A stretch of 64,000 nt of DNA, from the NCBI GenBank assembly GCA_029717555.1, contig JAMDHS010000008.1:248001-312000 (forward strand), in the 5' to 3' direction. Made by a program: the position numbers and the translations under genes. How positions within the stretch are numbered: the stretch's first letter is position 1; each line of letters opens with the position of its first letter. Shown one piece after another: positions 24,267 to 36,800 of this stretch. Source of the DNA: Peribolospora baueri (Eukaryota). Below the pieces are notes generated by a model that saw nothing but the letters and a program-made list of their open reading frames with translations, searched no databases and had not been told where the DNA came from.

Positions 24267-24292
24267 GGCGGTCGTCACGGGGACGCCGCCGG

Positions 24293-27200
24293 TCAACGAC
24301 CGACGATCGACTTGACCATATTCTTCATAAACCTCCGCTTGCTCCCCTTGGCTCCCGGTTCGGCCACCGTCTCAGCATACTCGGCTTCAGGAGGGGGGGC
24401 GGCGGGAACGCCTGCGACGTTATGGAGGCTACGCGAGGTCGAAACGTGTACGAGGTGGGCCGCCGGGTTGGGAGAGGAGCCAAAGGCAAGACCGAGACCG
24501 AGCGCCCGTCCGCTCTGCTCGGCGCTCCGTGTGCGAGTCAGGTCGGCGAACGAGGTGGTTGCGCCGTCGACGCCGTGCGTCTGGGCGTGGGAATAGCCGT
24601 ATCCGTGGAGGGAGGCGGTGCCGTGACCAAGAAAGTAGGCGTGGGAGGATCCGGGATAGGCAGCTGGTTTGTTGCCTGCCGACAAAGGCGACGGTGACTC
24701 TCCCTGGCCGAGTCCGACGACGACGCCGGACGAGGTCGGGCTGCGAGTCAGCGGCAGAGGCTTGTCTCGAGCGGGCTTGACCGCAATCCCGCCAGCGGCG
24801 CCTCCGTGGGAGGCTCCTCCGACGACCTGACGAGGTGCCAAAGGCGAGGTCGAAGGCGACGGCGTGCTGCTGCTCGGGCCGCCAGGGGAGCGACCGGCGA
24901 CGAGGTCGAGCGGCACCGAGCCGCTGTGGCGGTGCTTGGACTGGGCACTGGGCGAGGAGGAGGGGGACAGGTCGAAAGAGAAGGAAGAGTGGGTGTGGAC
25001 GACGTCAAAGGCCGTCGCGCCCGAACGTGCGGGAGAGCGATGGCTTTGGGCGCCGTATGGGGGAGATGCGGGCGAGCCGAGCTTGGAGTTGTGCAAGGGC
25101 GAGCTGGCTTTGGGGGTGAGAGAGTAAGAGTGCGGGTCGGAGCGGGCGGGGAGGGTGGAAGTGGTGGAGGATGAAGCGGAGAGGGGAGGAGCGTCGTGTT
25201 CGAACGAGAGAGACGGCCGAGGCGAGTCGCGCTGGCCGCTGAGACTCTTCCGCATCGGCTCAGGGCTCGCCGGAGCAGTGCGACCGACGGAAGCGGCGCG
25301 CTTGGCGCGCGCGGCAGCTTGACGACGCCACTGGATGTTATCCAGCGCGGCCTGGACATGGAATGGGGGCGTCGGGTCGCGAGGGTCAGGAGCGTACCAA
25401 GGCACGGAAGAGGCGGCCGCCTCGTCGGGGGCGGTCATGGGCCGACTGGGAGCCTTGCCGAGGGAAGAAGAAGAGGAGGAAGTGATGACGGCGGTGGCGG
25501 CGCCGGCGGCGGGACCGGCGTTTCGACGACCGCCCTCCCAATCCGTCGGCCGGCGGGGCATGCGAGCGGAAAAACTGCGTCGGGCGTGATCGACGTCGCT
25601 GTTGGACGCCGCTCTGGAGCGGGTGGGGCGGCGGGAGCCGTCTTCTTGCACGGCCGAGGCCGGCGCACCGCTAGGCCTTGGGCTGTGTGCTCCTGTTGGC
25701 TGGCCGCCATGCTGTCGAGAAGCCTGTTCGGCCGCCGCCGGTGCACCTCCTTGGATGCTGCTCTTGGCGCTCCTCTTGCCGTCCGACGCCGCAGCCGCCG
25801 CGGCCGACCCGCTAGCTTTCCGGTCCCTCTGCTCCCTCTGACTATTCCTACTCGCCGCCTCAAGCTTCCTCTCCAGCGCCAAGCTCTCGCTATACGCGGC
25901 GAGCTGAGCCGAAAGACTAGGTACGCTCGTGCTCGAGCCGAAGCCGGGCAAGAGATGGAGAGAGCCTAGTGCGGAAGGGGAAGCGGAAGGGGAAGCGGAA
26001 GCGGAAGCGGAAGCGGAGGCGGCGGTCGCGGTGTTGAACGCAAACAGCTCCTCCTCCGTCTTGCGGCGAAGCGACTGGGCAATCTCGTGTTGGGACGCGA
26101 TAAACTCGTGGTACTCTGGCGTGTCCCGTTCTGGCGGCGACACGCCGGACCAGGACCACTCGAGGACGGGAGAGAGCGGGGGTACGGAGGTGGAGCTGCT
26201 GGCGGTGCCTACGGACGTGGAGAGACCGGGATGGCCGGCGTGTTGTAGATGGGAGAGGTGGTGCTGGTGCTGATGGAGCAAGAGCTGCTGAGACGACGGA
26301 GACGGCGACGGCGGCACGGACGAGTCCGAGTTGGACCTCGACGGCGGCCGGCGTGGCGCGTCGCCGTCGCGGTCGCGGCTCGGTCTCGCGGTGGGGACGT
26401 CGAGGTGGGTGGATGGGCGAGGAAAGAGGGAGGAGGAGGACAAGGATGATGACGCCTTGGAAGGCGACAAGCCGTCGCCAAGCACGGTGGGACTAGAGGA
26501 AGTCGGAACAAAGGCGGGCGGGGAGGCGCCGGCGCCGGCGTTCCTCGACGGCGGCCTCGCGATCCCGCCAGGTCGACCGCTCCTCGACGCCGAGCCCGAT
26601 CCGGAGCCGGAGCCGGCAGAAGCGACAGAGCTAACGCTGTCCCCGCGATCGCGGCCGAAACCGGCGAGGAGGGCGGCGAGAGCGGGAGGAGGCAAAGGCG
26701 TGGGGGTGAAGGTGGCGGGAGAATCGCGGAGGGGCGAGGGGCCGGCTTGAGAGTCGGGGGTGAAAAAGTGGTCGTCGTCGGTGTGCGACTGCGACTGCGA
26801 CAGAGACTGCGCACCAGCGGCCAGACCGACAAGATCACGAGGCGTGCCAGGCCTGGAGGGAGAAGAGCCGAGGAGGAGGAGGCCGCGGAGGCGACGACCG
26901 GAGCCGGAGCGTCTGGACGAGATGGAAGAGGCCGAGTTGACGCTATCGGACCTCTGCAGGAGGGCGGCGGTGGGGAAGGCGCCGCCGGAAGGAGGGGGTT
27001 GGGTGGGCGTGGTGGCGGGGTCGTCGCCGTCGCCGTCGCCGTCGCCGAGGTCGTCATCGTCGCCGTCGCCATCATCAAGCGGACGATCAGGCAAACTGAC
27101 AAAGCCGCCATCGGCGCGACCGAGCCGATGCTTGCGGGGCGCTGGCGGTGCCCTGAGAGCCGAAGGCAAGCGTGCGTCTCCCTCTTGGTCGTAGTACGCG

Positions 27201-29509
27201 GCGTACTGCGACCTGGCGTCCTCCTCGTCGGCGAGCATCATCTCCTGCTCGCCGTCGTCGTGCTCCCCGCCGCCACCACCGCCGCCGCCAGACAAGCAAC
27301 CAGGGAGAGACGAACCGGCAGAAGCCTGTCGTCGTCGGGAAGACGAAAAGGCGGTCAAGCTAGCGTCGGACAACTTGCGCAAGCGGGCACGCGTGCCCGA
27401 GCCAAAGGGCCTCTTCGCCGAATCGCTTTCGGACGCGCTGATCTCGCTGTCGTCGTCATCGTCGCCGTACCCGTCGCCGTCGCCGCGTCGGGTAAATGTG
27501 GAAGGCTTGCGTGCGCGGAAGAAGGAGGCAGCGGCGGCGAACGTGCTGGTCGGCGCGGGTGTCGAAGGCGTAGGAGGCGTCGGAGCGGGGTCGGTCGTAG
27601 CGGGGTCGGTCGGAAACGCGTCGGCGTCAGCATCGGCGTCGACATCGGCGTGAGCAGGGCGTCGAAGGTCCTGCTGCGACGAGGAGCGCATGAGGTCTCG
27701 ATCTCGAGCGGCGGGCGTCAGCGAAGATGGCGGATGGACGGCGGCGGCAGCGGCGGAGCCGGGCATGGGGGTTAGGACGAAAGCGGTCTGGGAATGCGGA
27801 GCGCTCAGAGGCGGCCTCACCCCGCCGCCGCCGTCGGCTCCCTCTCCGCCCCCGCTCCCGCCTCCTCCGTCCGTTCCATATCCATATCCATATCCATATC
27901 CGTATCCGTATCCATATCCATAGCCATGCACCCCCGAGCCGTCCCCGCCCCCGCCTCTCGGACCAAGCCTGTTGCCCGGTCCCGGTCCCAATCCCCCTCC
28001 GAGCCTAGGCCCGTACCGGTCTCGCTCCTTGGGCGAGTCCATGCTACCCCTCCTCATGCTCTCCAACTTCCAAAGCCTCTCCTCTTCCTCCTCCGCCTCG
28101 TCGTCCACAGAAGACCTCCTACCGGACGCGCCAGACGACCCCGCGGCGGGTGCGGCGGGTACGGCAGACGAAGAGGACGAGCCGAGCGTCTCTGCGGAAG
28201 CCTTGCGAAAAAGATGGGTGAGGCTGCGCTTGCCACGCAGTCGGTGATGGGCGGCGCCCAAACCGAGGTGTGCATGCTGGTGGTGATGCGACGCGCGTCC
28301 ATGGCTGGACGAGCGAACGGGCGAGACGGGCGGGTGGGGCGAGGTGGGCGTCGCGAGCTCCTCCATGAGGCCCAAGGCGAGCGCACCGCCTGCGCCGTCA
28401 CCAAAGCCGTCACTGGTGGCGGAATTGGGCATGCTTCGCGTGGAGACGGGAGCGGAAGCGGGCGAGGGCTGCTGTGCGCCAAAGGCGGAGCGGAGCGCTG
28501 CGCCGGGGCGAGCGGCCTTTTCGATGATGGAAGGCAGGCTCGGCCTGCGTTTCGCCTGCTGGGCGGGGTGGTGGTGGGGGTGCTGCGGCGACGGGCGATG
28601 GGAGGCGGGACCACCGGGAGAGGGGAGCGGGGACGATGGGCCGACGTCGCTGGTGGGTGTAGCGGAGCGGAGGAGAGGACCGGGCTCGGAGGCGTCGCTG
28701 CTCGTCCGCCTGGGCAGGGAAGATGCGGAGGAAGGGGGGCCGCCTAAGCTGGGCCTGCCGGCGGCAAAGGCGGAGGAGGCGAGGCGGAGGTTGGGGTTGG
28801 AGGAGACCTTGGCGAGGTTGGGCTTGGCGCGAGCGAGCAGGACCTTCTCTCTCGCAGCGGCGGCGGCCCTGGAGGCGATGTTGTCAAAGGAACGCTGGCC
28901 GTGGAGGGCGAGCGAGAGGGGGCCAGAGGAGGCGGGGGACGGCGGGGAGGAGGAAGAAGAAGCAGGAGGGGCTGGGGCAAGGGTAGGGAGCCTGTGGGCG
29001 CTTGTACTGGCGGCGGCGGGCTCGAAGACAGGCGCCCTGAGGAGGGCGACGACGTCGGTATGGCCGTTGCTGGCGGCGAGGGCCGCGGGCGAGTAGCCGT
29101 ACTTGTCCAGGGCGTCGGCCCCGCCGCCGCTGACAAGAAGAAGACGGACGACGGCGAGGTGGCCATTGGCGGCGGCGAAATGGAGAGGAGTAGAACCTGC
29201 GGTGCCAACGGCGTCGCCAGTGCCGGCGCGGATGCGTTCGTTGGTGAGGCGGCGCGGGAGGCGAGGGGCGTTGACGTCGGCGCCGTGGTCGAGGAGCATG
29301 CGGACCACCGCCTCGTTGCCGCCGGAGCAGGCAGCGTGGAGGGGGAGGACGCCGTTGAGGACGGAGTTGGTGGGCTGGCCGTTGTCGAGAGCGTACTTGA
29401 CCAGGCCGAGGTTGCCGCTGGCAGCGGCGGCGTGGAGACCGAGGTTGGTGTACTCGGTGGAGACGTTGTAGCGGGCCTCTGCGCGAGCGGCAGCTCGGGA
29501 GGGAGCCAT
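24293..29509 (-). CDS. Ankyrin-repeat protein with very long disordered C-terminus (1738 aa, single exon)
   Basis: N-terminal ankyrin repeats LHAAAASGNLGLVKY, PLHAACSGGNEAVVRMLLDHGADVNA, TPLHFAAANGHLAVVRLLL, GYSPAALAASNGHTDVV. The rest is an uninterrupted S/P/G-rich frame with a short LSAQLAAYSESLALERKL helix. Confidence 0.88.
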   Translation of the reverse strand: MAPSRAAARAEARYNVSTEYTNLGLHAAAASGNLGLVKYALDNGQPTNSVLNGVLPLHAACSGGNEAVVRMLLDHGADVNAPRLPRRLTNERIRAGTGDAVGTAGSTPLHFAAANGHLAVVRLLLVSGGGADALDKYGYSPAALAASNGHTDVVALLRAPVFEPAAASTSAHRLPTLAPAPPASSSSSPPSPASSGPLSLALHGQRSFDNIASRAAAAAREKVLLARAKPNLAKVSSNPNLRLASSAFAAGRPSLGGPPSSASSLPRRTSSDASEPGPLLRSATPTSDVGPSSPLPSPGGPASHRPSPQHPHHHPAQQAKRRPSLPSIIEKAARPGAALRSAFGAQQPSPASAPVSTRSMPNSATSDGFGDGAGGALALGLMEELATPTSPHPPVSPVRSSSHGRASHHHQHAHLGLGAAHHRLRGKRSLTHLFRKASAETLGSSSSSAVPAAPAAGSSGASGRRSSVDDEAEEEEERLWKLESMRRGSMDSPKERDRYGPRLGGGLGPGPGNRLGPRGGGGDGSGVHGYGYGYGYGYGYGYGYGTDGGGGSGGGEGADGGGGVRPPLSAPHSQTAFVLTPMPGSAAAAAVHPPSSLTPAARDRDLMRSSSQQDLRRPAHADVDADADADAFPTDPATTDPAPTPPTPSTPAPTSTFAAAASFFRARKPSTFTRRGDGDGYGDDDDDSEISASESDSAKRPFGSGTRARLRKLSDASLTAFSSSRRRQASAGSSLPGCLSGGGGGGGGEHDDGEQEMMLADEEDARSQYAAYYDQEGDARLPSALRAPPAPRKHRLGRADGGFVSLPDRPLDDGDGDDDDLGDGDGDGDDPATTPTQPPPSGGAFPTAALLQRSDSVNSASSISSRRSGSGRRLRGLLLLGSSPSRPGTPRDLVGLAAGAQSLSQSQSHTDDDHFFTPDSQAGPSPLRDSPATFTPTPLPPPALAALLAGFGRDRGDSVSSVASAGSGSGSGSASRSGRPGGIARPPSRNAGAGASPPAFVPTSSSPTVLGDGLSPSKASSSLSSSSLFPRPSTHLDVPTARPSRDRDGDAPRRPPSRSNSDSSVPPSPSPSSQQLLLHQHQHHLSHLQHAGHPGLSTSVGTASSSTSVPPLSPVLEWSWSGVSPPERDTPEYHEFIASQHEIAQSLRRKTEEELFAFNTATAASASASASASPSASPSALGSLHLLPGFGSSTSVPSLSAQLAAYSESLALERKLEAASRNSQREQRDRKASGSAAAAAASDGKRSAKSSIQGGAPAAAEQASRQHGGQPTGAHSPRPSGAPASAVQEDGSRRPTRSRAASNSDVDHARRSFSARMPRRPTDWEGGRRNAGPAAGAATAVITSSSSSSLGKAPSRPMTAPDEAAASSVPWYAPDPRDPTPPFHVQAALDNIQWRRQAAARAKRAASVGRTAPASPEPMRKSLSGQRDSPRPSLSFEHDAPPLSASSSTTSTLPARSDPHSYSLTPKASSPLHNSKLGSPASPPYGAQSHRSPARSGATAFDVVHTHSSFSFDLSPSSSPSAQSKHRHSGSVPLDLVAGRSPGGPSSSTPSPSTSPLAPRQVVGGASHGGAAGGIAVKPARDKPLPLTRSPTSSGVVVGLGQGESPSPLSAGNKPAAYPGSSHAYFLGHGTASLHGYGYSHAQTHGVDGATTSFADLTRTRSAEQSGRALGLGLAFGSSPNPAAHLVHVSTSRSLHNVAGVPAAPPPEAEYAETVAEPGAKGSKRRFMKNMVKSIVGR
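27876..27925 (-). repeat. Coding hexamer repeat (GGATAT/GGATAC)n encoding a (GY)n tract
   Basis: CCATAT-type units on the + strand translate as GYGYGYGYGYGYGYG in the ankyrin ORF. Confidence 0.9.
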
Positions 29510-31596
29510 GATGAATTGGCGGAGGGGCTAGGGCGGGCGAGAGGAGGGGGTGAGAGGGAAGATGGTGGGGAGACGGAGACGGCCAAAGAGGCGTTCCGCC
29601 TTGTCTGGGAGATGGAAAGAGGGAGGAGAAGGAAAGAAAGAAGGAAGGAAGGGATGAAAGAATGGATGACTGAAAGAAAGAAGGGATGAACGAAAGAAAG
29701 AAAGAATGAAAGAAAGACGACTGAAAGCGATGGCGTGGGTGGATCAGACAAGGTCACACACACAGCTCGCGCTCGGTCAGGCGGTGCGGTCCGAGGGTGT
29801 GGATGATGATGACGACGTGCCGGGGCTGTGGATGATGATGATGTGCCGGGGCGACGGCCAGTCGACGGGGTGGGGGATATGATATGATATGATATGACCG
29901 AGGGGGCCTCGAAGAGGCCTCAGCTTGGTCGGGAATGGAATCGACTCGAATGGAATCGACTCGAGGTGACGGCGTGGCAGCGCTCTCGAGCCTTCGCCGC
30001 TCCCACCCACTCACTCACTCCACTCGCAAGCCAGGGCGGCGTTTGGACGGGGCAGGCAAGGGCGGGGGGAGAGGGAGTGGGAAGAGGAGAGGAGCGAGGG
30101 TGGAGACGAGGAGGGGTGTGCGGGGGGGGTCGGCGAGGAGGAAGAGGGAGTGGTGGTCGTAGAGGAAAGAGGAGGATGATTGGATTTGGTTCCAGCTCGC
30201 TCGATCCGACAGTCGATCGATCGACGGATGGATGGACGGGCGAACGTGGACTGTCCCGCTCGCTCTCTTGTCTGCGCAAGAGGGCGACGGCGGCGCGGGG
30301 ACAAGGAGCGAGGGCGAGGTGAAGCGGTGCGAGGTGATGGCGATGGCGATGGTGATGGAGATGGAGATGGACCGCTGGCTGACGGATGGGCGTAGGTATA
30401 TTTATTACTCCGCGTGGAGTCACGACGGTTTCTATCCTATCTATCTGATCAACTGCCACCTGCTCTTCCTCATGGCGACGACGAGAGGTACGGCTCGCCG
30501 TGTATCCGTATCCGATACGAGCGGCCGTCGAGAGACAGACAGCGACGATAGACGATCCCGTTCCATCCTCCATCTTCTTGCTCTCCACTCCACTCCACTC
30601 CACTCCGCACATCCAAGCGTAGCGTTCCTTCCACCCCCACCTCCAATCCCATCGCATCCCCATCCCATCCTGGCACCCGACCACCGAACGAGCAGCCGTC
30701 GCCTCCGGGACGGCCGGCCAGATGAGGCCAGACCCGATCAAGCCAAGCCAGATCCGGCCAGAACGACGACGCACGCACGCACACATACACATAGGCTCGA
30801 GTCGAGTCGAGTCGAGTCGAGTCGAGTCGATCGGGCACGGAACACCGAGCCCCCATCCCATCCCGTCACGTCACGTTTCAGTTCGGTTCGGTTCGGCTAT
30901 CTCGACTCCACTCCACTCGTCCATCTCGTGCGTTTCAGACGCCCGTTCACCGGCCAGCCCAAAAGGACGCATCGGTTATATCGTATCGTATCGTATCGCA
31001 CGACTCGACTCGTCCAAGAGAAAGACGAGGACGAGACGAGACGAGACGGTGCGATGACCGACGACCTACGACCGACGTCCTGCGCCGCGCTCCATGCTCC
31101 GTGCACGTGCCTATGCCTATGCTTATGCCTATGCCCGGCCATGCAACCAACCCAAACCACCTTCCGTCTCCCACCTCCCTCACTCACACCCACACCCTCA
31201 AAAACGCTCCCTCCCATCGCAATCGCATCGCGCGAGTTAAAAAAAAAAAGAGAGAGAAAAAGAAAAAGAAAAACATCGGGTCGTATAGTCTTTCATCACA
31301 TCGCTCCCCAACCGAGCCTCTATCCATTTTTTCGTTTACGGTTGGTCGTCGGAATCGTGACAGGCATGAATGAGACGAACGTGACGTGACCGGACGAGAC
31401 CAGGCGAGGCCATGCGAAGCCAGACAATGAAGAGACGAGCGTGAGACAAGAGCAACTCAGCACACGTCGCACGTCGCACGTACGCCTCGACGAGGGTATG
31501 TGTGCGACGAGGACGACGGACGGACGGACGGAGGGAAAGGAGGGGGAAAAGCAGAAAGAGGAGACGGCCGGGGACTGCGCCACGCCACGCCGCCCA

Positions 31597-32927
31597 TCAC
31601 GCCGTCTTCTTCGACGCCTTGGACGGCTTCATGTACGAGGCGATGAAGAAGCGGGCGAAGAGCCAGGTGAGGGGCTGTAAAAAAAATGAATGAGCGACGC
31701 GGCGAACCGAGCGACGACGGCGAAACACGACACCCCGCCCCTCACCATCAGATAGACAACGTTGAGGAGCACGGCAAAGCGCATGCCGACGGTGCCCAGG
31801 CACGTCGTCTTTCCGCTCAGCGAGTCGAGCCAGTGCAGCGGGCTGAACTCGTATAGCTCGGGCTCGAATGGCAGTCGAGAGGGGCGGAGGTGGAGGAAGA
31901 GGTAACACGCTGCGAGCGAACCTCCTGGAGGCGACGAGAGAGGGAATCAAGACAGCTAAGTGAGCACGACGACGGAACCAAGACAGAAAAGTGAGCACGA
32001 CGACGGACAGCCACTCACCGACAACAAACTGGGAAATCTGCATCGTCGTCAGGCTCCGCTTCAGCGCACGCGGGTATGGCAAGCGAAGGGCGGAGAAGCA
32101 GTAGTAGGTGTACATGAGGGTGTGGATGAACGAGTTGAAGACGCAGAAGACTGGCGCGGGCGGCGATTGATATTCATCAGCTCGGCCGATCCTTCCTCAT
32201 ATCGTTACCACCTTCTTTTGCTCCACTCACGCCAAATCGCCGACGCCTGGTACCGGTATCCGGCCCACATGGTCAAGATGGCACCTGCATGGTGGTACTC
32301 TTGCAGCGCGCTCGACTTTTTACCCTTGCCGAGGATGATCATCGTGTCCACTATGCAGGTGACCGAAAACCAGGTACGGGTACGGGGGTTGAGACGCGCA
32401 TAAATCGCTGCCAACTGGCCGGCTGCCGTTTACTCACCGACTTCATAGAACTTGCTCAAATAGAACAAAAAGCCGAATCTCGCCAGCTTATCGGCCCAGA
32501 GCGTGTTCTGTGCGTCGCAGAACTGGAGCTTGAGTCCCTCCAACGCGCCCCGCCGGTACCCGTCGGTAAAGTGGCGAACGACGGCAGAGAACATGTGGCA
32601 GAACGTCCACAGCGAGTAGACGGCGAGCGCGGCGGAGTGGGAGACGACGGCGGCGGTGGAGAACCGGCCCTTGAGCCTGTTCTTACCGTCCTGGACCACG
32701 TTGGCATAGCTCACCCCGACGCAGTACACGGCGACAAAAGTGAGCGGCGTGGCGGGGTGGAGGAAGGACTCATACCAGCTTGCTGGCAGCAGGATCCCGT
32801 CCGGCTTGGCCGGGTACGGGAGCTCGCGCAGCTGGGCCCATGTGGGCAGCGTGGCGGCCGGGTGCGGGGAGAGGCGAGAGGCGAGGGAGGCGAGGTGGGA
32901 GGAGACGTTCAACGCGGCGGCACTCAT
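31597..32927 (-). CDS. Very-long-chain fatty acid elongase (GNS1/SUR4/ELO family)
   Basis: Multi-exon. Motifs FYLSKFYEVVDTMII, histidine box LQEYHHAGA, FNSFIHTLMYTYY, LTTMQISQFVVG, LFARFF, and C-terminal KKTA (KKxx ER-retrieval signal). Confidence 0.93.
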
Positions 32928-33852
32928 GGTGGACGCGGACGAGGGGACGCTGAGCAAGGGGAGCAGAGCGAGCGGTGGGCCGTGCGAGCAAGTCTATGAA
33001 GGAGGAGGAGGAAAGGAAGGACGGGTGTGCGTGAGGACGGCGAGGTAAAGAAGAAAACGAAAGGGGTCGCGAGGAGGGGTTGAGGAATAAAAGAAGGTGA
33101 GCCGTGCGAGAGGAAGAGAAGACTGGGGGGGGAAGATGCGGCCCCAGCGAAAAGATTCCATCCCTCCTCCATCCTTTCTTCGTCCCTCCCTCCATTTCTT
33201 GTGCTCCCTCCAACATGAGTCGGTCTCACCTGGAGGCTGGCCAAGGAACGAAGACGTTGGGGAAGCCAGAGGATGAAGCCAGGCACGACTGCCGCGCGAG
33301 GTCGCGCGAGTGAGCTCATACGACACACCACTCTCTTTCTCTCACACACACACACACACAAACAAGCCTCGTCCGAGATTTGACAGGCGAGCCAGACGTC
33401 GACGGCGGTGGGCAGGATGGAGTGCGAGTTGAAAGCGCCGTCCGCCGGCCCCGGCTCGAGTGAGTGACGTTGGGGAACCAGCAAGCCGGTCGGTCCTCCG
33501 TCTTTCCCCCGTTTCCCCCGCGCCGGTTGCCGGCTTTCCCCCAACGGCCGAACGCCGCTTGCCGCAGCGATCGCATCGATCTTAGATCTCGCCAGATCGC
33601 GTGGGTCCAACACGATCGACAAACATGAATACAGCACACACATTCGATTCGGTTTGATTTCACCCCACCGTCCTTTCCATTTGTCTTGTTCTCCCCATTT
33701 TAAATCTGACCCTCCGCTATCTGCGCATAAGCCCGGACACACGGCGTGGGAAGCTTGCACGTGCCCTCGACGCGGACGCGCCCCGATCGTCGAGCCGTCC
33801 CCTTCGGCCAGCCGAGGCGCTCCCAGCTCGCCGCCTCCTCCTCCGTCCGTCC

Positions 33853-36800
33853 ATGGCCCTCGTCGAGCAGTCCGTCACGCTAGCATGCTGGAACAGAGCT
33901 CTGTCGCCGGCCAAAGTGAGCCCCAGCCTTCCTTTGTCAGGCGCCGCGTAACTGCCGCCAGCGCGAGAGAGAGCCGAGACGGACTGACTGACTGCCGTCA
34001 TCGTCCTTCTCACAGTGGTCGAGCCTCCTTGCCGAAGCGAAACGCACGGACCAGTCGTTGGGAAGGACGACGACATCGGCATCGACGTCGACGTCGGTAA
34101 CGGCAGACGAAACGCGCGATGACGACAGGTCGTTGCCTGGTGAGCACCGTCGGCTTTTGCACGTCGTCGGCGCTCGTCCCTTTCTTCTCACCTCGCCTCG
34201 CCTCGCCAGACACCTTGCTCTCCCTCATCTTCGCAGCCAGTCCGCCCCCACCTCTTCTTCTCGCCTACCTTCGTCAAGGCCTTGCCCCGTCATCCACCCA
34301 CACCCCGCTCATCGACCCCGCCTCCTTCCTGCTCTCCTTCCTCGACCACCTTTGCCGAACCACGGCGGTCCCCGTCGCCGGCGGACTAGATGGCGCTGCC
34401 GGAGTCGAGGCAGAAGTAGAAGTAGGAGCAAAAGCGGAAACGGAAGGAGGAATGGAGGGGTGGCGTTTGGAAAACGCTCGACCTTCAGCATCGCCGCTCC
34501 CCTGCCCCGATCTGGACACCGTCGAAGCCCTCTCCACCCTCGCCCTCGCCCACTTAGATCCCGAAGACCTCCAAGAACGCGCCGGTCCGCGCTCGCCGTC
34601 CTCTATCCTCGGCGCCTGTGCGCTCATCCGTCTCGCTTGCCTCCCCGTCCCCTCTTCCTCCGCACACCATCTGCCTGCGACGCCGCCTCTTCGTCCTCCC
34701 CACAGCCGGGCGAACACGAACACGAGCGCAACGATCGGTCTTGCCCTTCTCCTCCTCTCTGCCTGCGCTCCCTCCTTCTCCACCTCAGGCCCACAAGTCC
34801 CCGACTCGGCCACCGCGGAAAAGGTCCGACAAGTGCTCGAGACGATCGTGCGCGACTTGGGTTCCGTCGGCAAAACGCAGACGAGCGCGGACGAGGCGAG
34901 CGACGACGGAGAAGAGGCAGAAGCGACGCGGCGGCAGTTCATCATGTTTTTCGAGACCATTCTCGCTTGGCATCCCACCGCCGACGACGCCCGTGCCGCC
35001 GCAGACTGGGAAAAGGCACAGCGGAATGGACAAGCGACCGCGGCAATGACGACGATGATGGCCACGACGGCAAACGGGACCGGAACGGGCGCGGCGCGGG
35101 CGGACGCCCGCTTCACCGCTGGACCGTCTCTATGGCGGGACGCCGCTTCGGTCAAGACAGACTACCTTAACGCCACCGCGGGGCCCGAGGTGGTCATCGC
35201 GCTCGGCAGGCTCGTACGTCTTCGCAAGCTGCCTTCTCAACCTGCGGGTTCTCCTTCGTCCCGCTCCGATGTTTTCTGCGCGCGTGCTCACCCGTGCCTC
35301 CCTTTACATCGATTTTGGACCTTCAGGTTGGTTCGTCTGCGAGCGTCGGAGGCATGCAGGGTTGCATAGACGTGCTCAAGTCGCTTTTGGACGTTCGCTT
35401 GTCGAGGAACGGCGTGGAGCGCGTGAGTGGAGTGCATTGGCCGTTGCCAATCGAGATCGTTGAGGGCGCATATAACCACCCTCGTTCTCCTCCCTCCCTT
35501 CGTCATGGTGGCCTGGCCGAGCTGAACCTTGACTCGTCTTCTCCGCCCCTCGACCCGCACGGCCGCTGCGCAGCCGATTTCTTCTGACGCAGCGCGAGAC
35601 TTTTTCGTCCCCTTTCTTTTCGAGCTCTTCCTCGCTGCCATCGAGATGCTTGCCTCGGCCGTTGAGAGGCGACGGTCAGCGGACTCGAGGGGCGCCGCAG
35701 AGGTGGAGATGTGTTTCGACTTTGTTTGTGGGCTGGTGAGTGGAGGCGCTTGGCCGCTTCGAGCTTCAGCTTGGGACTGGCTCGTATGTTGTGGTGACCG
35801 TCTTCGCTCAGTTTTCTCTGACCCGTCGCTCCCATTTTCCTCCTTTCCAGCTCCCAGTCGTCCTTCCATCCGTCTTAGGTTCCCTAGCAGCGTCGCAGGA
35901 CGTCATGGCCGAGGACGGAGAGGGGACGTTGAGCCCGCTCCCGGTTGCGCCATTCGTCCAGGAAGCCATCTGGCTCCTCTTCACCAACAGGCCGGCTGTC
36001 TTGGACAGATGTGACGCTGGCAGGGCGAACGAGGATGGGAAGGAAAAGGCCAAGGTGGACGAGCCACTGGACCCGATGGACCTGATGGACCCGATGGATG
36101 GCATCTTTGACACGGCCTATGGAGAGGATCAGGATCAGCGAAGGATCAAGTAGGTTCTTTTTGTCGTAATCATCCATCTTCTCATTGAGCTCGGCTCCGA
36201 AAGAGGTCGCTCATCTCGTTCCCCGGTGATGGATGGGCCGTCTCTCGTGTCGTTCCTTCCTCCAGTTTCCTACCTCCGCCCATACGCTCGTCCCTTCTGT
36301 CCTCCTTCACCGCCGTCTCGCTGCTGTCTGTGGACGCTGCAAATACGTTGCTGCCCGGTTGGAGTGAGGCATTGGAGGGGCGACCCAATGCGAAGGCGGC
36401 GGCACAAGCCGAGGGCCTCGCCATCGACGTGGGTCATCGTGCCTTTTTTTTTCATGCCCTCGAGGTGAAGGATGGCCGAATGCGAAGCGCTCAAAGAGCT
36501 TGATTATTGTTTTTATTCGCCTTGCCGTCGTCCAGACATACATCGACAACGCTCTCAACGCCGCATCAAGCGTGGAAGAGACCGCCGTCACGCTCAGCCG
36601 CCTGCTCGACGACGCCCAAAAATCCGTTTCCCAGCCCATCTTCGCCGAGCTCCTCGCCCGTCGGCTTTCGATAGCCGCGTCAGGAGGTGACATCGATACC
36701 TTGGCGAGGTTTTGGAAGGAGCTCGCGGACAACAGAAGGTTTCTTGACGTTGCCTTTTTGTACGTCGCACCGGTCAAATGGATCGAGCCTGTGACGCAGT

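Noticed and set aside
29760..31560. Dense short repeats (GAGTC, GATAT, CTCCA, GAGAC) resembling an array
   Set aside because: Simple microsatellites with no repeat-spacer structure, so not CRISPR-like.
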